64,000 bases of DNA, from positions 68,086 to 132,085 of the forward strand of contig CAMKOM010000003.1 of assembly GCA_946414435.1 (NCBI GenBank), in the 5' to 3' direction. This stretch comes from an uncultured Bacteroidota bacterium (GTDB taxonomy: Bacteria > Bacteroidota > Bacteroidia > Bacteroidales > SZUA-534). Position 1 is the first letter of the stretch; each line of letters begins with the position of its first letter. Both the position numbers and the translations under genes were made by a program. Below are positions 6,483 to 15,384 of this stretch, one piece after another. Under the pieces are notes generated by a model, which ran no database searches, was not told where the DNA came from, and worked only from the letters and a program-made list of their open reading frames with translations.

Positions 6483-7529
6483 TTATATCTCGTTCAATAT
6501 TATCTTAAGTTCCTGACTATTATTGTTTTCAATCAGTTGCTCTTTCCAAACTTCAATTTTATTATTTTGATTTACTGCGCAATTCCAACTTTCCGCAAGT
6601 TTGTCTGCATTAAACTGACATAGCATTTCTTTTATGTTGTTCAAGTTCATATACAATCGTAAAAATATTTGTGGAACGTTATATAGTCTTTGGTCATTGA
6701 TAATAATATCGGACTTACCACCTGCAGTGAATTGGTCTCGAACATTCGGACAAACCACACCTTTTTCCATTGCCAACCACATTGCTAAACGATTGAACTT
6801 GTCACCGTGATAACCAAACATTTCGGGGAACAAACAATATGCCTGTAATTTGAGATTTTCCTTTTCTTCTTCTTTTAGATAATTCCACAAACGTAGTATA
6901 ATGTTGCTTGCTTGTTTTTCTTGTTCATCATCATCATCCCCCATCCACCATAGGCGTTCCCCTTGTTGAAGTTGGCTTTTGTAAAACTTAACAACAGTTT
7001 TTATTGGGTTGTCTTGCTTCCTTAATTCATCGTACGGTACGTGTATTTTATCGAAGAACGTTTCACCTTGCCCAAGTTCCATATTTATCAAATACCGGGG
7101 TGAGTGGGTTACAACAACGTCAGACAAACATTCTTCATAAGGGCGACAACGGAATTGTATCGGGTCGCACATTTTACCGAACAACATATAAATTCGTTCT
7201 ACACTATCTACTCTTGTTCCCTCCGCCACGCTACTACCGGTGCTTCGCCAATGGTTTTCTTTTGTGGTCTTAACTTCTATTCCATAAAAATCGTTCGCAA
7301 CAATGTCAGGAAATCTTTGTCCGGAAATCAATTTAATTGAATTTTCAAACGGTGTGTGCAATGAGTTTTCTGTCAAAACATCCAAAACCTCATCCTCTAA
7401 TTTGTTTCCCAATAATTTGACATATTTTTCCGGTTTCTCTGTCGCCCGTCGGTGTAATGTCAACAGAGAATCGTTTAGCAAACTTTCAAAAGCTTGTTTT
7501 TGGGGTTCCGGATTAACTGAAACTATCAT
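6483..7529 (-). CDS. Putative Type II restriction endonuclease (PD-(D/E)XK)
   Basis: Its start overlaps the stop of the upstream C5-methyltransferase by 4 nt (ATGA at 7526-7529). The motif FPDIVANDFYGIEVKTTK fits PD...E-x-K. The gene is AT-rich relative to its neighbours by eye. Confidence 0.65.
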   Translation of the reverse strand: MIVSVNPEPQKQAFESLLNDSLLTLHRRATEKPEKYVKLLGNKLEDEVLDVLTENSLHTPFENSIKLISGQRFPDIVANDFYGIEVKTTKENHWRSTGSSVAEGTRVDSVERIYMLFGKMCDPIQFRCRPYEECLSDVVVTHSPRYLINMELGQGETFFDKIHVPYDELRKQDNPIKTVVKFYKSQLQQGERLWWMGDDDDEQEKQASNIILRLWNYLKEEEKENLKLQAYCLFPEMFGYHGDKFNRLAMWLAMEKGVVCPNVRDQFTAGGKSDIIINDQRLYNVPQIFLRLYMNLNNIKEMLCQFNADKLAESWNCAVNQNNKIEVWKEQLIENNNSQELKIILNEI

Positions 7530-8860
7530 TCTTCACCAAAATAAAGTGGCCAAACTTGTTGTAAGCGACGCGCTATGTTGTATGCCAAAACAGGCGGAAC
7601 GGCATTCCCAATAATTTTGTAGGCGCCAGAAGGGCTGACTGCGAATTTTTTCCCATTGTATGAATTAGAAAAGACGAAATCGTAATCGGGCGGAAATGTC
7701 TGTATCATAGCGCATTCGCGCGGTGTCAAACGGCGCTCTGATTTTCCTGCTTTCAATTCGTCGGTATATTTGCCTCCGTGTTCAGCGGATAATCTGCGGT
7801 ATTCAATGTTGCCGTGGTGTTCGGAACGAATTGTCGGACCAATGTCGTCAAGATTCACTTCATTTTGCCCTTGACAATGCGCCCCCATATACTTGGCTTG
7901 CGAATAGTATTTTTGAGAATCGTCATTTGAATCCGATGGCTCATCTAATGATTCAAAAACATTCCTAACAGTCTGAAATTGAGCCAAACGTTTGTCTTTT
8001 ATATGGTAGTTATGCGTTGGCTTTGGGTAAGGATTGTATTTTTCGGGTATACTTTCTTTTTCAAGATTTTTTAATGCAGTTGGGTTTAACAAATCCTTAC
8101 GGATTCCTATAAATATAACTCTCTCGCGAGACTGCGGCACACCATAATCGGCGGCGTGCAATACTTGTGGCGGCAAAACAATATAATCGTTCCCTGCTGC
8201 AGAAGAAAAATCCTTTTGTATAATATCTTTTACATTGCCTAAATTTGTAAGTCCTTTAACATTCTCTGCAACAAATATTTTCGGCCGAGTAATATCAATT
8301 ACTTCCTTCATCCAAAAATACAATTTGCCACGAGTCTCTTCTGTTGCAATCTCGCTAGTAATATAATTCCCGTTGTGGTCTTTGTGCGATTCAAAACCCC
8401 TTCTTTTGCCAGCCACACTAAAATCCTGACAAGGGAAACCGCCTGTTACCACATCAATGTTTTTAGGGAAAATATCATTGCAATCACGGTGCATTTTTAC
8501 CAAATCCACCACACTTTCTGTACGATATATACCGTCATCGTCATTTGATTTGGAAAAATAGTGTACCCAAGCAGCCCTTGCATCAGGCAGAATATCGTTT
8601 GCAAATACTGTTTGAAATATTGTAGGGGTCAGCCTTACAAAATCGTTGTCTAAATGTTCCGCAACAAAATCGGGACACATTTTTTCATTTACGCTGCCCT
8701 TATGAGTAATAAAGCCGCCTTCAAAGCCCAAATCCATTCCTCCGCATCCAGAGAAAAGGGATAATACTCGTAATTTTTTGCCTTCCCCTAGTTTAATATC
8801 CTTGCTGAAAGGATATGAAAATTGTGGCTCCTCAACATTGTTTTTTGATTCGTCTTCCAT
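7526..8860 (-). CDS. DNA (cytosine-5)-methyltransferase
   Basis: The canonical motifs are present: I LFSGCGGMDLGF, IV GGFPCQDFSVAGKR, VI ENVKGL, VIII QSRERVIFIG and X GNAVPP. Confidence 0.95.
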   Translation of the reverse strand: MEDESKNNVEEPQFSYPFSKDIKLGEGKKLRVLSLFSGCGGMDLGFEGGFITHKGSVNEKMCPDFVAEHLDNDFVRLTPTIFQTVFANDILPDARAAWVHYFSKSNDDDGIYRTESVVDLVKMHRDCNDIFPKNIDVVTGGFPCQDFSVAGKRRGFESHKDHNGNYITSEIATEETRGKLYFWMKEVIDITRPKIFVAENVKGLTNLGNVKDIIQKDFSSAAGNDYIVLPPQVLHAADYGVPQSRERVIFIGIRKDLLNPTALKNLEKESIPEKYNPYPKPTHNYHIKDKRLAQFQTVRNVFESLDEPSDSNDDSQKYYSQAKYMGAHCQGQNEVNLDDIGPTIRSEHHGNIEYRRLSAEHGGKYTDELKAGKSERRLTPRECAMIQTFPPDYDFVFSNSYNGKKFAVSPSGAYKIIGNAVPPVLAYNIARRLQQVWPLYFGEE

Positions 8861-8923
8861 TTTTGCGCTAATGCTTTTTGCGCTTGCTTATCTGTATTCA
8901 GGTACAAACGGACAATCCAAAAC

Positions 8924-8957
8924 GGCAAAAAAATGTGGACTTGAACTTTATCCACAT
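8924..8957 (-). terminator. Rho-independent-type terminator
   Basis: Minus strand has the stem ATGTGGA/TCCACAT (8957-8951 / 8939-8933) followed by a T7 run. Confidence 0.6.
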
Positions 8958-9122
8958 CCTAGGCCGTCAGAATTGCCCGTTATCACAGATAAGTCAAGCC
9001 CACGCAATAGCGCAGGCATCTTTTTTGACTTATTCGTGTGATAACATTTCTAAAATTTCTGACGTTTTAGGATATGCCGAATTATCAAAGCAAACGCTTG
9101 ATTAATAATATGTTATTTAAAA

Positions 9123-9160
9123 ATTACTTTCTGTTTCTTACAGTTCGTTTAATGTTTTAT
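9123..9160. repeat. About 40-nt direct repeat, copy 1 (ATTACTTTCTGTTTCTTACAGTTCGTTTAATGTTTTAT)
   Basis: It matches 10193-10233 (ATTTACTTTCTGTTTCTTATACTATTCGTTTAATTATTTAT) with a few mismatches and indels. The two copies bracket the DUF1016 gene. Confidence 0.75.
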
Positions 9161-10137
9161 ATCTCTTTTAATTTGTTTTCAAATAGTTTTTTATCAGGCA
9201 GTTGCAATTGATATTGCGCCACCAGTGTTGGCGACAGGCTTCGTGATAAAGCGTACTCCACAACTTCGTCGTCTTTGTCGTGGCACAAAAGTATGCCAAT
9301 ACTTGGATTCTCGTGCGGTTTCTTTACGTCGCGGTCCAATGCTTCAAGATAAAAATCCAATTGGCCAAGGTATTCAGGCTTGAATTTGCCAACTTTCAAT
9401 TCAAATGCCACCATTGCGCCAATGCCTCGGTGAAAGAACAGCAAATCGACGTAAAAATCCTGGCAGCCTACTTGCAACCGAAATTCTTCCGCCATAAATA
9501 TGAAATCGTTACCAAGTTCAAGTATGAACTGCTTCATATTCGCAACCAATGCTTTTTGCAATTCAGATTCGGAATGCGATTCGGGCAGCCCCAAAAACTC
9601 AAGCACGTATGTGTCTTTAATATCGGGCACGTTCATTTCTCTCACCGCTGGTGAGAGTTTTGCCGATGTCAGGCTTCTCTCATATTGAGCCGCATCAATC
9701 TGCCGTTCCAATTCTCTCTTTGTCAAATGATTACGACGGCACATATCAATGTAAAACAACCTTTCCTCGTCGGTTTTACATCTCGACATAATAGTGATAT
9801 TATGTGTCCACGACAATTCTCTCACCGCTGGTGAGAGTTTTTCGTCGGAACTATACAACTCATAGAATTGCTTCATACGCCAAAGGTTCTTGTCGCTAAA
9901 TCCTTTGGCATCAGTAATTTCAGTTGCAATGTATGCCGCCAATTGTGTTACAACTCCTTTTCCCCAACTGGCTTCTTTAACTTTTATGCTTATCACCTGC
10001 CCAATCTGCCAATATAAATCAACAAGCGTTCGATTGGCCACTTCAAATACCGTCTGCCGCGCGGCTCGAATTCGTTGCGCCAGAAATTCAAACACATCTT
10101 TTGTCGTTGCATCGATATTTGATATTTCAGTGTTCAT
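9157..10137 (-). CDS. PDDEXK nuclease, YhcG / DUF1016 family
   Basis: The N-terminal region (LVDLYWQIGQ...GKGVVTQLAAYI...FSDKNLWRMKQFYELY) and the C-terminal motifs (DLLFFHRGIGAMVAFELKVGKFKPEYLGQLDFYL) match this family from memory. Confidence 0.85.
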   Translation of the reverse strand: MNTEISNIDATTKDVFEFLAQRIRAARQTVFEVANRTLVDLYWQIGQVISIKVKEASWGKGVVTQLAAYIATEITDAKGFSDKNLWRMKQFYELYSSDEKLSPAVRELSWTHNITIMSRCKTDEERLFYIDMCRRNHLTKRELERQIDAAQYERSLTSAKLSPAVREMNVPDIKDTYVLEFLGLPESHSESELQKALVANMKQFILELGNDFIFMAEEFRLQVGCQDFYVDLLFFHRGIGAMVAFELKVGKFKPEYLGQLDFYLEALDRDVKKPHENPSIGILLCHDKDDEVVEYALSRSLSPTLVAQYQLQLPDKKLFENKLKEI

Positions 10138-10192
10138 AGTTGGACTTTTATTCCTGCAACTGCTCTAATTTCTTGAGTAGTTGATTATTAGG

Positions 10193-10233
10193 ATTTACTT
10201 TCTGTTTCTTATACTATTCGTTTAATTATTTAT
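10193..10233. repeat. About 40-nt direct repeat, copy 2
   Basis: See 9123-9160. The preceding 10183-10200 (GATTATTAGGATTTACTT) also resembles 6063-6079 (ATTATTAGGTTTTACTT) upstream of the ATPase gene. Confidence 0.7.
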
Positions 10234-10326
10234 GCTTCTTCAACTATTTATGCTAATTGCGAAACTGTCAGTTTCGTAATTGATTCCTAATTTTTCAATA
10301 TTTTACTAAAACCCTGCAAGTTATAT

Positions 10327-11175
10327 CTAAATCAATTTCGTTATCATTTCATCGGCTTGCAACTGCATCTTGCAGAAAGCAAACCATCGCTTTCCCAAAT
10401 CCTTGATTGAAGCGCCAATGTGGTACACATCGCTATCGATAATCAGGAACCTGTCGTGCGACTTGGTAAAGATACACAAATCTATTGGTTCGTACTGCTT
10501 ATTGTGCTGCGCCAGCGCCACATTTAATGACGGCGAAGTCTGTTGCGTGTAGATTTTGGCCGTTACATTTTTGGCGCGCTCGGCCAACCGCAGCAAGACT
10601 GTTTCATCAACATAGTTATCTATCAGCACAATACGTTTCCTTGCCGAGCGAATCAGATTGTTGACAAAAGCGAACGGCTCAAGCATCTGTCCATCGTAAA
10701 AAATTCCCTCGACAGGCGGCAGCGAAGTGCGCACAAAGAAGTCGATTTTGTTAGAATGCTCTTCAAGTATTTTTTGTTGTGTTTCAAGTTGGCCCTCAAT
10801 GTTGGCCAGTCGGTTGTTAAATGCGTATCCTCTTAAAAGATAATCTTTTAATATACCTGTTGCCCATATTCTAAATAGTGTGCCTCTCTGACTTTTAACA
10901 CGATAGCCAACGGAAATAATTACATCGAGATTGTAATATTGGGTTCGGTATTTTTTCCCGTCTGCGGCAGTTGTCAAGTAATCCTTGACAACTGAATTTT
11001 TATCTAACTCTTTCTCTCTGAATATGTTATTAATATGAAGGCTGATATTTTGTTTTGTGGTTTCAAAAAGCACAGTCATTTGTTGCTGTGTCAGCCACAC
11101 AGTTTCCTCACTCAACCGCACTTCAAGCTTTACGGCATCGTCGGGTTGGTATAATATGATTTCGTTCCCTGTCAT
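10327..11175 (-). CDS. RhuM-family protein with a conserved C-terminal module
   Basis: The N-terminus carries YNLDVIISVGYRVKSQRGTLFRIWATGILKDYL, typical of Virulence_RhuM. The C-terminus carries IVLIDNYVDETVL...HDRFLIIDSDVYHIGASIKDLGKRWFAF. Confidence 0.8.
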   Translation of the reverse strand: MTGNEIILYQPDDAVKLEVRLSEETVWLTQQQMTVLFETTKQNISLHINNIFREKELDKNSVVKDYLTTAADGKKYRTQYYNLDVIISVGYRVKSQRGTLFRIWATGILKDYLLRGYAFNNRLANIEGQLETQQKILEEHSNKIDFFVRTSLPPVEGIFYDGQMLEPFAFVNNLIRSARKRIVLIDNYVDETVLLRLAERAKNVTAKIYTQQTSPSLNVALAQHNKQYEPIDLCIFTKSHDRFLIIDSDVYHIGASIKDLGKRWFAFCKMQLQADEMITKLI

Positions 11176-11335
11176 AAAATGCTAAATCTTCGCCTTAACG
11201 CGAACTACCAAGTTTTTATCGGTAGTTGATATTTAGTTTCGCCCCACACAAAAGGCTACCAAATATAGAAACAAAATGAAAACAAAAAAGGCCCGCAACT
11301 TTCGCCACGAGCCCGTCAAAACACAGAAATTAACA

Positions 11336-12520
11336 TCATTTCAAGGCTAAAGCAATTCTTTCCAGAGCCTCACGCAAAACAACGCGCGGCGTGGCCACGT
11401 TGAGCCGCATAAATCCTTCGCCGCCGGGGCCGAACATTTCGCCGTCGTTCAGGGCAAGGCGGGCGCGGTTTATAAATAGGTCGTTCAGTTGGGTGTGGTT
11501 GAGTCCGAGCTGTCGGCAGTCGAGCCAGACAAGAAACGATGCCTGCGGACGCAACGGCCTGATTCCCGGCAGGTTATAGGCGCAGAAGTCTTCAACCAGG
11601 CAGATATTATCTTCAACATAATCAAGCATTTGGCGGCGCCACTCTTCGCCTTGCGCGAAGGCCGCAATGGTGGCAATGGGCGCAAAAAGCGTCGGTTCGT
11701 CGAACTCGTTGGCCGACATCCACTTGAACAGCGGGCGGCGCAGAGCCGGGTTGGGCACAATGGCGTATGAGCTCACAATTCCGGCAATGTTGAACGTTTT
11801 CGACGGCGCGCCAAGCGTGATGCTGCAACGCGCGGCAGCCTCGGACACGGTGGCAAACGGAATGTGGCGGTGGCCGAAAAGAGCCAGGTCGCAGTGAATC
11901 TCGTCGCTGATGACGATGACGTTGTTGCGGTCGCAGATGTCGGCCACGCGCTCAAGCGTTGCGCGGTCCCAGACAATGCCGCCGGGGTTGTGCGGATTGC
12001 TTATCACCAGCATCCGGTTGCGCGGGTCAGCAGCCTGACGCTCAAGCAGTTCAAGGTCCATACGGTAGCCGGTGAGCGCGCCGTTGGCGGTTACTTCGCA
12101 AAGCTGATTGTTCACCACTTCGCGGCCGTTGCCAAGCGTGGTCAGGCGGAACGGATGATAGACCGGCGGCTGAATGATGACGCGCTCGTCGGGTTTCAGC
12201 AAGGCATTGATTGCCATACCGATACCTTTCACAACACCCGGCACGTAAGTCAGCCATTCGCGCTCAACCTGCCACTGATGGTGGTCCAGAATCCAGCGCT
12301 GAATCGACGTCCAAAGCTCGTCGGGCGTGGCGGTGTAGCCGTAAATGGGGTGCTCAACGCGTCGCCGAAGAGCGTCAACAACAAAAGGCGGCGTGGCAAA
12401 ATCCATATCGGCCACCCAGAGCGGAAGCAAATCGGCTCGACCGTAACGCTGCTGCAAAACGCTGTGTTTAAGGTCGTTGCTGCCCGCGCGGTCAATCACT
12501 TCATCAAAATTATATTTCAT
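11336..12520 (-). CDS. patB: MalY/PatB-type cystathionine beta-lyase (class I/II aminotransferase fold)
   Basis: The N-terminus is MKYNFDEVIDRAGSNDLKH...LPLWVADMDF and the PLP-lysine region is APSKTFNIAG. There is a 4-nt overlap with the upstream metY-like gene. Confidence 0.85.
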   Translation of the reverse strand: MKYNFDEVIDRAGSNDLKHSVLQQRYGRADLLPLWVADMDFATPPFVVDALRRRVEHPIYGYTATPDELWTSIQRWILDHHQWQVEREWLTYVPGVVKGIGMAINALLKPDERVIIQPPVYHPFRLTTLGNGREVVNNQLCEVTANGALTGYRMDLELLERQAADPRNRMLVISNPHNPGGIVWDRATLERVADICDRNNVIVISDEIHCDLALFGHRHIPFATVSEAAARCSITLGAPSKTFNIAGIVSSYAIVPNPALRRPLFKWMSANEFDEPTLFAPIATIAAFAQGEEWRRQMLDYVEDNICLVEDFCAYNLPGIRPLRPQASFLVWLDCRQLGLNHTQLNDLFINRARLALNDGEMFGPGGEGFMRLNVATPRVVLREALERIALALK

Positions 12521-13704
12521 CCCAAAGCCTGTTTAATATCTTTAAAAATGTCGTTAACATCTTCAAGACCAACGCTTAAGCGGATGGTTGTCTGCTTGAC
12601 GTCCACTTCGCTCAGCTGCCTGTTGGTGAAGTTTCCAAAGATAGTTGATGCCGGGTGAATTGCCAGCGTCTTGTTGTCGAACAGGTTGGTGGCGCGCAGA
12701 ATGAGCTGCAGGCGGTTCAGGAAGCTGAAACAGGCGTCGCGGTCGGCAAGGTCGATGGTGAGCATTGCGCCGCCCGTCGGGCCAAACTGCCGTTGCGCCC
12801 GCTCGTAGTACGGATTGTCGGGCAAACCGATATAATTTACTGATTTTATGCTTTTTAACTTTTGCAGTTTCTTTGCAAGTTTAAGCGCGTTGGCCGACTG
12901 CACACGGTAGCGCGCGTCCAGCGTCTCAAGGCCGAGAGTCTGCATATAGGCGGCGTGCGGAGTCATATACGAGCCCAGATTGAACAGAATCTCGTACGCA
13001 ATCCGCTCGTGAAAGCCGGGAACCGTGCCATAATCGATGACCAGTCCGCCGAGCGATGTGGCGCCACCCGAGACATATTTGGTGCTCGAAACCAACTCAA
13101 TATCAACGCCGAAGTCGGCCAAGTGCGTCTCGGTGAACGGAATGGCCGTGGAATCGACAATCAGCGGAACATTACACGCGTGAGCCACTTGCGCAATCTG
13201 CTGCAAGTCAGCCACTTCGAGCTGCGGATTCGACACTGCTTCAAGAAAAACGCAGCAGGTGTTATCGTCGATTTTAGAGCGCAGCTGTTCAACATCGTTC
13301 ATATTACAGACGCGCGCTTCAACGCCAAATCGCGCCAGCGTGCGGGTTATCAGGTTGAAAGTGTTGCCGAAAAGGTGTTTCGACGCCACAATATTCTTCC
13401 CATTCCCCGCAAGGGCGATGAACGTTGACGCGATGGCCGCCATACCCGAATTGAAAGCCGTCACGTGGGTCGCCCCGGTGATTGCCTTCACCTTCGACTC
13501 GAAGTAGGTAACTGTCGGATTTTCAACGCGCGAGTAGTCAGGTGCTTCAATGCGGCCGCAGAACGCGTCGGACATTGTCTTGGCGTCGTCAAACTGATAG
13601 GCCACCGTGTTATAAACCGGCATACTTATTGCCCCGTAGGCGTCGCGCCGCGCAAACTGCGTATGTATCGCTTTTGTCTGTCTTTTAATAGTTTTCTGTG
13701 ACAT
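12517..13704 (-). CDS. metY: O-acetylhomoserine/O-acetylserine sulfhydrylase-type PLP enzyme (MetY-like)
   Basis: Start placed at the ATG at 13702-13704 (MSQKTIKRQTKAIHTQF). The PLP region is SSTKYVSGGATSLGG, with Cys/Met-metabolism PLP family features. Confidence 0.85.
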   Translation of the reverse strand: MSQKTIKRQTKAIHTQFARRDAYGAISMPVYNTVAYQFDDAKTMSDAFCGRIEAPDYSRVENPTVTYFESKVKAITGATHVTAFNSGMAAIASTFIALAGNGKNIVASKHLFGNTFNLITRTLARFGVEARVCNMNDVEQLRSKIDDNTCCVFLEAVSNPQLEVADLQQIAQVAHACNVPLIVDSTAIPFTETHLADFGVDIELVSSTKYVSGGATSLGGLVIDYGTVPGFHERIAYEILFNLGSYMTPHAAYMQTLGLETLDARYRVQSANALKLAKKLQKLKSIKSVNYIGLPDNPYYERAQRQFGPTGGAMLTIDLADRDACFSFLNRLQLILRATNLFDNKTLAIHPASTIFGNFTNRQLSEVDVKQTTIRLSVGLEDVNDIFKDIKQALG

Positions 13705-13726
13705 ATTTTTTCTGTGTTTTGACAGG

Positions 13727-13858
13727 CAAAAGTACAATGCGACAGAAATATCCACCAAACAACAATTCAATTATGGAAAATACAACCACAATTAGCCTGA
13801 TAATAGAATTTATATCTAAACCACCCCTAAAAATGCCTTACGTATAGAATGACATTCT
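13727..13858 (-). promoter_or_regulatory. Promoter plus upstream operator module of metY-patB, paralogous to 4424-4557
   Basis: The -7 box TACTTTTG lies on the minus strand at 13734-13727. An identical 15-mer lies at 13745-13759. The palindromes are AGAATGACATTCT (13846-13858, perfect) and AGAATTTATATCT (13805-13817, imperfect), with centres 41 bp apart. Confidence 0.6.
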
Positions 13859-14024
13859 GCCTACCGAACTTTTTTCGGGCTAAAATCGCCGAAAAGTTTT
13901 TAAAGTTAGCCGCCTATAGGTATCTTTGGCCGCCGATTTTTTGAATAGTGACCGAGCAAAACGGTTGCCAACAGAAAACCGACTTAAAACTTATAACTTC
14001 AGAACTTAAAACTTATATAAAGAT

Positions 14025-15374
14025 ATGGAACTCAACGAACTGACAGCAATAAGCCCCATTGACGGCCGCTATCGCTCAAAAACCGAATCGCTCGACAACT
14101 ATTTCTCGGAATTTGGACTCATCCGCTACCGCGTTTTGGTTGAATGTGAGTATTTTATAGCACTTTGCAACATTCCGCTCAAGAATTTGGCGGGCGTTGA
14201 CAAAAACTGCTTCGACAAAATCCGCAAAATCTACAACAACTTTTCGTTCGACGACGCACTGCGTATCAAGGAGATAGAGAAGACAACCAACCACGATGTG
14301 AAGGCGGTTGAGTATTTCCTGAAAGAGAAGTTCGACGGCCTTGGATTGGCTGATTACAAGGAATTTATCCATTTCGGTCTGACATCGCAGGACATCAACA
14401 ACACGGCTATCCCCTACTCGCTGCGCGATGCGATAAAAGATGTTTACTATCCGCTCATCGAGCAGATTATCAACACTTTGGCCGATATGGCCGAGCAGTG
14501 GAAGCACGTGGCAATGCTGGCTCACACTCACGGTCAGCCCGCTTCACCGACGCGACTTGGCAAAGAGTTGATGGTGTTTGTTGAAAGACTCAACAAGCAG
14601 TTGGAACTGCTCAAGAGCATTCCGTGCTCGGCAAAATTCGGCGGCGCCACAGGCGGCTTCAACGCCCATATGGTAGCCTATCCCGAGATTGACTGGGTTG
14701 AGTTCGCCAACAATTTCGTGGGCAACATTCTGCATCTGGAACGTTTGCAAACAACCACGCAAATTGCTCATTACGACGACCTTGGCGCCATCTTCGACAA
14801 CTTCAAACGCATCAACACCATACTCATCGACCTTTGCCGCGACATCTGGACATACATCTCGATGGAGTATTTCAAGCAGAAAATCAAGGCGGGCGAAGTT
14901 GGCTCGTCGGCAATGCCGCACAAGGTGAACCCAATCGATTTTGAGAACGCTGAAGGCAACCTGGGCGTGGCAAACGCTGTGTTTGAGCACTTCTCGGCCA
15001 AACTGCCCATCTCGCGTATGCAGCGCGACCTGACCGACTCGACCGTTCTGCGCAACATCGGCGTGCCGCTCGGCCACACCGTCATCGCACTCAAATCGCT
15101 GCAGAAAGGCCTTGGAAAACTGATACTTAACGAAGACAAACTGAAGAGCGACCTTGAAGCCAACTGGAGCGTGGTTGCCGAAGCCCTGCAGACCATTCTG
15201 CGCCGCGAAGGCTACCCGAAACCTTACGAAACGCTCAAGGAACTGACGCGCACCAACTCGAAAGTTACCGAGCAATCGATTCACGAATTCATTCAGACAC
15301 TGAACGTTAGCGATTCGGTGAAAGAAGAAATGATGAAGATTACACCGCACAACTACACTGGTATTTATTTCTAA
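14025..15374 (+). CDS. purB: Adenylosuccinate lyase
   Basis: The N-terminus ISPIDGRYRSKT and the signature GSSAMPHKVNPIDFEN are present. Confidence 0.95.
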   Translation: MELNELTAISPIDGRYRSKTESLDNYFSEFGLIRYRVLVECEYFIALCNIPLKNLAGVDKNCFDKIRKIYNNFSFDDALRIKEIEKTTNHDVKAVEYFLKEKFDGLGLADYKEFIHFGLTSQDINNTAIPYSLRDAIKDVYYPLIEQIINTLADMAEQWKHVAMLAHTHGQPASPTRLGKELMVFVERLNKQLELLKSIPCSAKFGGATGGFNAHMVAYPEIDWVEFANNFVGNILHLERLQTTTQIAHYDDLGAIFDNFKRINTILIDLCRDIWTYISMEYFKQKIKAGEVGSSAMPHKVNPIDFENAEGNLGVANAVFEHFSAKLPISRMQRDLTDSTVLRNIGVPLGHTVIALKSLQKGLGKLILNEDKLKSDLEANWSVVAEALQTILRREGYPKPYETLKELTRTNSKVTEQSIHEFIQTLNVSDSVKEEMMKITPHNYTGIYF

Positions 15375-15384
15375 AAAGCTGATA

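Noticed and set aside
8878-9105. Small ORFs (75-87 aa) in the spacer between the methyltransferase and DUF1016 genes, considered as a possible C-protein or antitoxin.
   Set aside because: No HTH-like motif is present and the composition is odd. The region is better explained by a terminator hairpin (8924-8957) plus the methyltransferase promoter.
4554-11231. Calling the islet a mobile element (ICE, IS or prophage).
   Set aside because: No integrase, transposase, relaxase or phage gene is present. The boundary motif is short, and CTACCAA recurs nearby. I kept this as a hypothesis in the findings and did not annotate it as a mobile_element.
13705-14024. A SAM riboswitch expected upstream of metY-patB.
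   Set aside because: The -7 box lies about 20 nt from the ATG, so there is essentially no leader. No S-box or SAM-II-like conserved strings are visible on the minus strand. Part of the spacer serves the divergent purB promoter.
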